A stretch of DNA of 64,000 nt from an uncultured Candidatus Peribacteria bacterium (GTDB lineage Bacteria > Patescibacteriota > Gracilibacteria > UBA1369 > UM-FILTER-53-11), in NCBI GenBank assembly GCA_964358095.1, contig CAYHNW010000003.1, positions 10,306 through 74,305 of the forward strand. Direction: 5' to 3'. The notes under the pieces are model-generated. The model had not been told where the DNA came from. It ran no database searches and was given only the letters and a program-made list of their open reading frames with translations. Made by a program: the position numbers and the translations under genes. Shown here one piece after another: positions 43,511 through 50,969 of this stretch (its first letter is position 1; each line of letters begins with the position of its first letter).

Positions 43511-45052
43511 ATGAGATCTGGTATCATTTTGTTGGGATTTTCGTTTCTGATCAGTAAAGTGCTGGGGCTACTGAGAGATAATATGCTTGCGGCTCAGTTT
43601 GGCGTCGGGGTGAATAGGGCGGCAGTTTCGGCAATTCATAACCTGGATATATATTATGCGGCCTTCAGGTTACCTGATCTGTTATTTAATCTGCTCTCTT
43701 ACGGGGTGCTTTCTGCCGCATTTGTGCCACTTTTTGTAGAAGTTTTAAAAAAAGACGGGCGTGATTCCGCTTTTAAATTCGCAAACGAGATAATGCACGC
43801 GATTTGCGGAATTATAATCGGCATCAGCGTTTTAATGTTTATTTTTACTCCTCAAATTGTGCGGATTTTTGTGCCGGGTTTTGGGGCAGAGGAGTTTGCC
43901 GTCACGGTGGGACTAACTCGAATCATGCTTATCACGCCGATCTTTTTCACAATTGGGAGCATTGCCGGTGGCATTCAGAATGCTTTTCACAAATTTCTAG
44001 GGCTTTCTCTCGCACCGATTTTTTATAATATCGGCATCATTGGCGGAATTTTATTTTTATCTAAAGATTATGGAGTCTATGGTGTTGCGATTGGCGTTTC
44101 TATTGGCGCGGCTCTCAACATGCTCATTCAATTGCCAGGGATACTGCGTGCGGGCTTTAGGTTCATGATTCCGCGTGTTATTTGGAGCAACCGCATTAAA
44201 GAAATGATTATGCTTTCGTTGCCCAGAATTTTTGGAATGTCGGTTACTCAACTTTCACTGATAGTAGACACGTTTATAGCGTCTGGTCTCACAGCCGGGA
44301 GTATTACAATAATCAATTTTGCGACCAATTTGGAGACCCTACCGATGGGATTAATTGGAATTTCAGTTGCCATCGTGAGTTTCGGCACGCTTTCTGCATA
44401 TGCGGCCGAGCAGAAAATTTCGGAATTCATAAAAGAAATTTTTAATAACACGCGCCGAATTTTATTTCTATTAATTCCTCTAACTTTTGGCATGCTTGCC
44501 CTGCGCATTCAAATAGTTAGATTGCTGCTTGGACGCGGAAAATTTGACTGGAGCGACACTATTCTAACTGCAAATACCATGGGTTTTTTGCTCAGCGGTC
44601 TTGCTTTTGGCGGCCTTGTCTTTTTATTGGCGCGGGCGTTTTACGCGATGAAGAACACAAGAACCCCGGTTATAATCAGCTGCATAGCGGTTGTCTCAAA
44701 CATCGTCGGCAGCGTTGTGCTTACTAAAATATTTCACCTAGAAACCTACGGCCTGGCGATTGCAAACGCGACCGCAAACATAATCAACGCAACCTTGCTC
44801 ATAGTCTTTTTGAGTAAGCGGTTAAACGCCGCTATTTTGGACTGGAAAGAAATCTTTAAGTTCATAATTGGCGCTTTAGTAATGGTACTGGCAGTACAAT
44901 TAGCCAAGTCATCATTTGGGTATATTTTTAGAGAGATTGACACCTACCCTGAACTCATTGTACAAACTGTAAGTTCCATTCTGGTCGGCGTATTCGTATA
45001 TTTTGGGGCATGTTGGACTCTAAAGTGCAAAGACAGTATATTTAAGCCATGA
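43511..45052 (+). CDS. murJ: Lipid II flippase MurJ
   Basis: 513 aa. SKVLGLLRDNMLAAQFG near the N-terminus, about 14 TM helices, and the P.L.N.. and R..Y pattern of MurJ/MviN. Confidence 0.8.
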   Translation: MRSGIILLGFSFLISKVLGLLRDNMLAAQFGVGVNRAAVSAIHNLDIYYAAFRLPDLLFNLLSYGVLSAAFVPLFVEVLKKDGRDSAFKFANEIMHAICGIIIGISVLMFIFTPQIVRIFVPGFGAEEFAVTVGLTRIMLITPIFFTIGSIAGGIQNAFHKFLGLSLAPIFYNIGIIGGILFLSKDYGVYGVAIGVSIGAALNMLIQLPGILRAGFRFMIPRVIWSNRIKEMIMLSLPRIFGMSVTQLSLIVDTFIASGLTAGSITIINFATNLETLPMGLIGISVAIVSFGTLSAYAAEQKISEFIKEIFNNTRRILFLLIPLTFGMLALRIQIVRLLLGRGKFDWSDTILTANTMGFLLSGLAFGGLVFLLARAFYAMKNTRTPVIISCIAVVSNIVGSVVLTKIFHLETYGLAIANATANIINATLLIVFLSKRLNAAILDWKEIFKFIIGALVMVLAVQLAKSSFGYIFREIDTYPELIVQTVSSILVGVFVYFGACWTLKCKDSIFKP

Positions 45053-46101
45053 AGCAATTTCAATTTAACTTTTTGCACATTGCGATAATAGTTTCCTTCG
45101 TTTTTTTGGGAATCGTAGTGTCGCCGTTTCTTACCACCCTCGTTCTTGCGGCAATACTCGTAACCGGAACTTACCCTATATACACTTGGGTTTTAAAAAA
45201 AGTGAGGGATCGAAAAAGGGTGGCTGCTGCCATAATGGCGTTTTCCATCGGCATAATCTTCAGCATTATATTTGTGGTATTTTTCTTACTTCTTTCTCAA
45301 GAAGCGGTTTCCACTTATCAAAGTTTTGACCAATGGATACGCACCGTTAACCTAAATGAAATAATAGCAAAAGCCAGTAAATATATCGGTATACCGCCGG
45401 TTGATTTGATTTCTTCCATTACGCAAGGCGCACAAAGTTTCTCTGGAGTTTTGGTGGAGCAAAGCACTAGTTTACTAAAAAGTGTAGCCTGGCTCATTTT
45501 GAGTTTTTTCTTGCTCGTATTTGCAATGTATTTCTTTTTCAAAGACGGTAAATACATTATCGAGTCATTCGAAAAAATAATTCCGCTGCCGACACCTTAT
45601 GGTCGTGAAATCTTCAATAAATTTCGACAAGTTTCATTGGCCATGCTCTATGGAATTTTTCTCACGGCCATAGTTCAAGGTTTCCTTGGGGGAATTGGGC
45701 TCGCCATTGCAGGCGTTGGCAATCCAATATTTTGGGGTACAGTGATGGGGTTTTTGGGAATGCTTCCAATTGGAGGCACGGCTCTGGTTTGGCTACCAGC
45801 AGGTATATTTTTAATTTTTAGCGGCCACCATTATATCGCTGGCATAGGTTTATTGCTTTGGGGCGGCGCAATTGTTGCCTCAATGGATAATTTTATCAAG
45901 CCAATTGTTATTTCGAGACAGGCAAACACTTATCCTCTGGCGACATTTCTGGTTGTTGTCGGTGGACTTATGATTTTTGGGTTAAAAGGCGCCATTATGG
46001 CTCCAATGGTGCTTGCAGCCCTCGTATCTCTCCTACATATCTACGGGTTGGAATCTTACAATGACGAATGCCCACCGGCGCGTGAAGACGCTAAGGATTA
46101 G
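45049..46101 (+). CDS. AI-2E (PerM/YhhT) family transporter
   Basis: 350 aa, polytopic. GFLGMLPIGGTALVWLPAGIFL and the FIKPIVI motif. Overlaps the murJ stop by 4 nt. Confidence 0.7.
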   Translation: MKQFQFNFLHIAIIVSFVFLGIVVSPFLTTLVLAAILVTGTYPIYTWVLKKVRDRKRVAAAIMAFSIGIIFSIIFVVFFLLLSQEAVSTYQSFDQWIRTVNLNEIIAKASKYIGIPPVDLISSITQGAQSFSGVLVEQSTSLLKSVAWLILSFFLLVFAMYFFFKDGKYIIESFEKIIPLPTPYGREIFNKFRQVSLAMLYGIFLTAIVQGFLGGIGLAIAGVGNPIFWGTVMGFLGMLPIGGTALVWLPAGIFLIFSGHHYIAGIGLLLWGGAIVASMDNFIKPIVISRQANTYPLATFLVVVGGLMIFGLKGAIMAPMVLAALVSLLHIYGLESYNDECPPAREDAKD

Positions 46102-47164
46102 TAGTTATAAGAATGTCCGCGCCAATTTGCCTTACTTCCCAATGCTTTAGATGTATTGCGTTTTTAATTAAATTGACACCTTTGCCACCCACCGCCGGTT
46201 TTGCATTTTTGCCTCCGATGAGCTTTGGTGCCACGAACCAATAGAATTTATCTACCGATTTTGAATCTATGAAAGAACCAAATATTTCCGAACCTCCTTC
46301 TACAAACAAGCTGCTTATGCCAAGCTTGCCAAGGAAACGAAGAAGGGGAGTTATTAGGATTTTTTTACTAAAAACTTTGAGTCCAAATCCTCGTCGCTTA
46401 AATTCATCAATTTTTGATTTTGAAACGCTATCGGTTGTAATTATTAGAACATATTTGTCACGCAAAACTTTTGAGTTTAGAGGTGTGCAAAGATGAGAAT
46501 CCAAAACTATTCTAAGCGGCTCTTTTTTTGAGCCTGAGAGGGTTGGATTATCTTTTATAACCGTATTTACTCCGACCAATATGGCATCATAAGAATCGCG
46601 TAGTTCATGCACAAAAGCACGTGATTTTTCCGAAGTTATCCATTTTGAATCGCCGGTTCGCGTGGCTATTTTGCCATCGAGTGTCATTGCAACTTTCATT
46701 GCCACAAATGGCACACCCTTTGAAATCCATTTTATAAATTTTTCATTTAATTTTTGAGCTTGAGCCTGCAAACAACCGAATTCTGTCTTTATTCCGGCTC
46801 TTTTTAAAGCGGCAATTCCGCGTCCGCATACCAGAGGATTGGGATCTTTCATTGCCACTACAACCTTTTTAATCCCTGCCGCTATAATTTTATCCACACA
46901 CGGCGGGGTTTTACCAAAATGCGCGCACGGCTCCAAATTCACATAGAGGGTAGTCCCTTTTGCCGAGGCTTTCTTGAGTTGTCTGAGTGCCACAATCTCC
47001 GCATGATCTCCTCCGAATTCCTTGTGCCATCCTTCGGCAATAATTTTCCCATTTTTCACAAGAACTGCGCCTACCATAGGATTTGGCGAAACAAAAGATC
47101 CGCCACGCCGCGCCAACTCAATGGCGCGCTCCATAAATTCCTCATCTTGCTTGGAAAACTTCAT
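46091..47164 (-). CDS. ribD: Bifunctional riboflavin deaminase-reductase RibD
   Basis: 357 aa. The deaminase zinc motifs are HAEIVAL and LEPCAHFGKTPPC. The C-terminal reductase part includes TLDGKIATRTGDSKWIT. Confidence 0.85.
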   Translation of the reverse strand: MKFSKQDEEFMERAIELARRGGSFVSPNPMVGAVLVKNGKIIAEGWHKEFGGDHAEIVALRQLKKASAKGTTLYVNLEPCAHFGKTPPCVDKIIAAGIKKVVVAMKDPNPLVCGRGIAALKRAGIKTEFGCLQAQAQKLNEKFIKWISKGVPFVAMKVAMTLDGKIATRTGDSKWITSEKSRAFVHELRDSYDAILVGVNTVIKDNPTLSGSKKEPLRIVLDSHLCTPLNSKVLRDKYVLIITTDSVSKSKIDEFKRRGFGLKVFSKKILITPLLRFLGKLGISSLFVEGGSEIFGSFIDSKSVDKFYWFVAPKLIGGKNAKPAVGGKGVNLIKNAIHLKHWEVRQIGADILITTNP

Positions 47165-47167
47165 AAT

Positions 47168-48364
47168 CTACAGCGTTGAAAACAAATGCCCCATCTTGGT
47201 CTTCTTTGTGCGCATATATTTTTTATCTCCGGCAGAAATTGGCTCAATCTCAATCGGTACTCTCTCAATTATACGCAGCCCATAGCCTTCAAGTCCGATT
47301 ATCTTTTGCGGATTATTCGTCATAAGCCGAATATCGCGGAGTCCCAAATCAACTAGTATTTGAGCGCCGATTCCATATTCGCGCAAGTCAGCCTTGAACC
47401 CCAGTTTTTTATTTGCCTCCACAGTGTCGTAACCTTTGTCCTGCAAATTATATGCCTTTAATTTATTAATGAGTCCTATCCCGCGACCCTCTTGCCTCAT
47501 ATACAAAAAAACGCCGCTACCAGCATGTGCAATTTGGCAAAGAGCCTGCTTCAATTGACGTTGGCAATCGCAGCGCACCGAGCCAAAAACTTCTCCCGTT
47601 ATGCATTCGCTATGAACCCTTACAAGAGTTGGCTTAGACGAGATTTTGCCTTTTACAAGCGCTATATGCTCTTTAGCGTCCACCTCCGACTTATATACAA
47701 AAGCTTTAAAATCGCCGTAAATAGTTGGTAATTTTGTCTCCACTTCGCATGTCACGAGTTTTTCTTTCTTGCGACGATGCGCAATTAGCTCTTGTATTGA
47801 AATTATTTTAATGTCGTGTTCATTTGCAAAATTCTTAAGTAGTCTCCCCGAAAGCATTTTGCCGTCATCGCCCATAATTTCACAAATTACGGCCACTTCT
47901 TTTAGTTCGGCCATCTTTATTAAATCGAGTGAACCTTCCGTATGTCCAGATCTAACCAAAACGCCGCCCTCCCGCGCCACTAAAGGGAAAACGTGCCCAG
48001 GCCTCGCCAAGTCAGCCGACTTCGTGCGCTTATCCACAAGCGCTTTAATAGTCGCCGTTCTATCTTCCGCAGAGATTCCGGTTTTTACACCGCGCTTTGC
48101 GTCAACACTAACGGTAAAATTGCATTGATGCGTAGCGGTATTCTTTTGTTCCATTAAATTCAAATCCAGCTCTTTTGCGCGAGCAGCTGTAAGCGGTGCG
48201 CAAATGAGCCCTCGCCCAAACTTCGCCATAAAGGCAATTTTTTCCGGAGTTACAAATTCCGCAGCAAAAACCAGATCGCCCTCGTTTTCTCGATCCTCAT
48301 CGTCGGAAAGGATTATCATTTTTCCCGAGCTCAAGTCTTTTAAGACTGCGTCTATATTTGGCAT
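47168..48364 (-). CDS. ribBA: Bifunctional DHBP synthase / GTP cyclohydrolase II
   Basis: 398 aa. [12 protein letters not shown] and GHTEGS mark Rib[24 protein letters not shown] and RQEGRGIGL mark RibA. Confidence 0.9.
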   Translation of the reverse strand: MPNIDAVLKDLSSGKMIILSDDEDRENEGDLVFAAEFVTPEKIAFMAKFGRGLICAPLTAARAKELDLNLMEQKNTATHQCNFTVSVDAKRGVKTGISAEDRTATIKALVDKRTKSADLARPGHVFPLVAREGGVLVRSGHTEGSLDLIKMAELKEVAVICEIMGDDGKMLSGRLLKNFANEHDIKIISIQELIAHRRKKEKLVTCEVETKLPTIYGDFKAFVYKSEVDAKEHIALVKGKISSKPTLVRVHSECITGEVFGSVRCDCQRQLKQALCQIAHAGSGVFLYMRQEGRGIGLINKLKAYNLQDKGYDTVEANKKLGFKADLREYGIGAQILVDLGLRDIRLMTNNPQKIIGLEGYGLRIIERVPIEIEPISAGDKKYMRTKKTKMGHLFSTL

Positions 48365-48365
48365 G

Positions 48366-48953
48366 CTATATACCGTATCTTGTAAACCTTACGATCTTGA
48401 TGTTCTCGCCAATTCTCAACATCGCGTCAGAAACCAACTTTTCAATTGTAATTTCAGGATTCTTTACAAACGGCTGAGTGAGGAGAGCTAGTTCCTCCCT
48501 AAACTTCTTTTCTTTGCCTTCCATAATTTTGTCCCACATCTTCTCTGGTTTACCTTCTTTGGCCAACTGCGCTTTCCAAATTTCGCGTTCTTTTTCCACC
48601 AATTCCGGCAAAACATCAGATGCAGAAATCACGAGCGGATTCATTGCAGCAACCTGCATTGCAATTTCCTTTGCAAGATTTTGAAAATCCGGATTACGAG
48701 CCACGAAATCGGTTTCACACCCAAGCTGAAGCAGAACTCCAAGCTTATTATTGCCGTGAATATAAGAAACGACTATTCCTTGGCTTGTTGAACGTTCACT
48801 GCGCTCTACCGCCTTGGCTTCGCCCTTTTTGCGTAACAAATCTATCGCCTTATTTTCGTCTCCGCCACATTCTTCCAGCGCCTTTTTGCAGGACTGCATG
48901 GAAACGCCTGTTTTCTCGCGGAGCATCTTGATTTGTTCAGCTGTAACTGCCAT
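48366..48953 (-). CDS. tsf: Translation elongation factor Ts (short form)
   Basis: 195 aa. [42 protein letters not shown] and the CETDFVARN block. Confidence 0.85.
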   Translation of the reverse strand: MAVTAEQIKMLREKTGVSMQSCKKALEECGGDENKAIDLLRKKGEAKAVERSERSTSQGIVVSYIHGNNKLGVLLQLGCETDFVARNPDFQNLAKEIAMQVAAMNPLVISASDVLPELVEKEREIWKAQLAKEGKPEKMWDKIMEGKEKKFREELALLTQPFVKNPEITIEKLVSDAMLRIGENIKIVRFTRYGI

Positions 48954-48997
48954 GCAGAAGGACTTTAATTGTTTTGGGTCTCAGGGTCAAGAGAAAT

Positions 48998-49129
48998 TTA
49001 GGCCTTAAAATGATTTGCAACAGTAACTATATTATTTCCGGAAATTGTTAAAAACGATGCCGGCGGCTCCAGGTTAAAAGTAACGTCTGGGTCACCGTCT
49101 TTGGAGACTTCATCATATGGCTTACTCAT
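48998..49129 (-). CDS. Possible 43-aa small ORF
   Basis: Below the track cutoff. My translation is MSKPYDEVSKDGDPDVTFNLEPPASFLTISGNNIVTVANHFKA. A GAGGA sits 8 nt before the ATG, and the gene abuts the stop of 49142-49393. Confidence 0.25.
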   Translation of the reverse strand: MSKPYDEVSKDGDPDVTFNLEPPASFLTISGNNIVTVANHFKA

Positions 49130-49141
49130 GGTTGCATGTCC

Positions 49142-49393
49142 TCAGGCAGTCGTAGGCGGCTCGGTCTCTGGTTCTCCATCGGCTTGATCAATAGCACATG
49201 CTAATTGAGCCTGCGTATCACCCTGAACTGCTCCTGGAGTGACAGTTCCTATTCGCCGTGGATAGTCTACGCCATACATTGATGCTTCTGGATCAAATGG
49301 TGTTTCTGTTCGTGGGAACCTCTCATCGGCGGCTCGACGTGCTATACCTCCCAATGTTTGTAACCCACCCAGGAATTCGCTTCTATTATCCAT
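49142..49393 (-). CDS. Hypothetical 83-aa protein
   Basis: Intact ORF, visibly more GC-rich than its neighbours. Acidic, Pro/Thr-rich C-terminus. No recognisable motif. Confidence 0.35.
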   Translation of the reverse strand: MDNRSEFLGGLQTLGGIARRAADERFPRTETPFDPEASMYGVDYPRRIGTVTPGAVQGDTQAQLACAIDQADGEPETEPPTTA

Positions 49394-49480
49394 ATAAATA
49401 TAATGTTAGGTGATTAAGGCACTATTATAGTATTTCGTTAAAAACACACCTATTCCTTTTAGAGGATCTGCCTAAAAATA

Positions 49481-50014
49481 TCAAGCCTTTTGTGTGGGCT
49501 CACCTGGTTTTTCCTCCTGTTTACCCAGATTTTGAGCCGCCTGAGTGGCTTTATCTGCCAAACCTGCTGCTTTATCCTTTAAACCAGATATATTACTCAC
49601 CGCCAATCCAGATTTCTCATATAGGGCGTTCAGATCAATTTTTCCGGCAAATACAGAAACAATCGGAATTGCCCAAGCCTTACCTTGGTATGACTGATAA
49701 ATTGCTAAAACGTAAACTGCAAAAAGAGTGAGAGTCAGAAGCGATCCAATCATTGGGACTGAAGCCAAAACGATGAGTACCAAGATGGAGATAATAAAAA
49801 GCGCAATACTTTGTTTTGCGTGAAATTTACAGTATTGGCTTTTTGGCTTAACCAAGAGTGGAATCACAAACAAAGGGCCAAAATAACCAAGTGCAGCAAA
49901 AAACTTTTCGTCGTTGTCTGCAGATCCAGAGGGTGTCGGAACTTGAGTTGGATTCGGTGCAGCAGTTGGTGTAGTTGCCGACGGGATTGTTGGAACATTA
50001 GCCTGCTCAGCCAT
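49481..50014 (-). CDS. DUF4870-like membrane protein
   Basis: 177 aa. EKFFAALGYFGPLFVIPLLVKPKSQYCKFHAKQSIALFI is the typical core as I recall it. Three TM helices. Confidence 0.55.
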   Translation of the reverse strand: MAEQANVPTIPSATTPTAAPNPTQVPTPSGSADNDEKFFAALGYFGPLFVIPLLVKPKSQYCKFHAKQSIALFIISILVLIVLASVPMIGSLLTLTLFAVYVLAIYQSYQGKAWAIPIVSVFAGKIDLNALYEKSGLAVSNISGLKDKAAGLADKATQAAQNLGKQEEKPGEPTQKA

Positions 50015-50041
50015 AAGTGCTTCTGTGAAAAATTACTACGT

Positions 50042-50806
50042 CTATTGTACCACAGGAGTGGTCTGCTGGGAAGCGACAGGTTTTACCTTTTCTCGAGGAG
50101 CCTGTTGAACTCGTGCAACCTGCTTTTTGCCTTCTTCTATTGCGCCGGAGAGCTTGCCAACGAAGTACCGCAGAGATTTGATGGCATCGTCATTGCCAGG
50201 GATTGGGTAAGCGAGCAGGTCTGGATCAGCGTTTGAATCGCAAATGCCTACAGTTGCAAGTTTTAGTTTTCGAGCCTCGCGCAGAGCAAGAACATCGCGA
50301 ACACTATCTAAAACGATCACAACTTCCGGCATGCGGAGCATGTTTTCCACGCCGGAGAAAGCATCTTCCAACTTTTCAAGTACGCGACCCAATTCCACGC
50401 GTTCTTTTTTGGTGTATTTCTCCCATTCACCTTTGGCTTTCTGTTCTTTTAAATCGCGGAAATATTTGATTCTCTTGCGAATGGTATCAAAGTTAGTGAG
50501 AAGACCCGGCATCCATTTCTGGGTGACAAAAGGGCAGCCGCAGCGAATTGCGGCCTCTTGTACCAATTTTGTAGCATGAAGTTTTGTGGAAACTATCAAG
50601 ATTTCTTTGCCGGAAGCGGATGTTTCGGTCAAAAAGGCCATTGCCTTATCAAGCGCAGTTGCAGTTTTTGTAAGGTCAAAAATATGTACACCGTCACGTT
50701 TGCTGTAAATGTAAGTACTCATTTTCGGGTTCCACTTCGAAACTTTGTGGCCAAAATGGCAGGCGGCTTGGAGCAACTCCTCCAGCATTTTTTTGTCGTT
50801 TTTCAT
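50042..50806 (-). CDS. rpsB: Ribosomal protein S2
   Basis: 254 aa. LLQAACHFGHKVSKWNPKM, DGVHIFDL, ILIVSTK, and VGICDSNADPD...YPIPGNDDAIKS. Confidence 0.9.
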   Translation of the reverse strand: MKNDKKMLEELLQAACHFGHKVSKWNPKMSTYIYSKRDGVHIFDLTKTATALDKAMAFLTETSASGKEILIVSTKLHATKLVQEAAIRCGCPFVTQKWMPGLLTNFDTIRKRIKYFRDLKEQKAKGEWEKYTKKERVELGRVLEKLEDAFSGVENMLRMPEVVIVLDSVRDVLALREARKLKLATVGICDSNADPDLLAYPIPGNDDAIKSLRYFVGKLSGAIEEGKKQVARVQQAPREKVKPVASQQTTPVVQ

Positions 50807-50852
50807 AGATCCTTGGGGTTAGCGCCACTTTCGTTCGCTTCGCCCCTTTAAA

Positions 50853-50867
50853 CCCCGCTTAGCGGGG
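50853..50867. repeat. GC-rich hairpin identical to the core of the valS element (copy D, rpsB-valS intergenic)
   Basis: ccccgcttagcgggg is identical to 52797-52811. It is embedded in a wider GC-rich segment at about 50815-50880. Confidence 0.6.
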
Positions 50868-50969
50868 CAGGATGGGACGATCCGGAAAGTGACTAAGATA
50901 AAAGCGCGGTAAGAATAGGGGAAGAACCGCCGAAAGGCAAGTGGTTCTTAAATATATCTCTCTGGTATA

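Noticed and set aside
48365-48365. FMN riboswitch upstream of ribBA
   Set aside because: ribBA starts 1 nt after the tsf stop, leaving no room for a leader.
50807-50969. T-box leader upstream of valS
   Set aside because: The spacer is about 160 nt, and I could not find a T-box sequence or specifier-loop architecture. It contains the GC-rich repeat instead.
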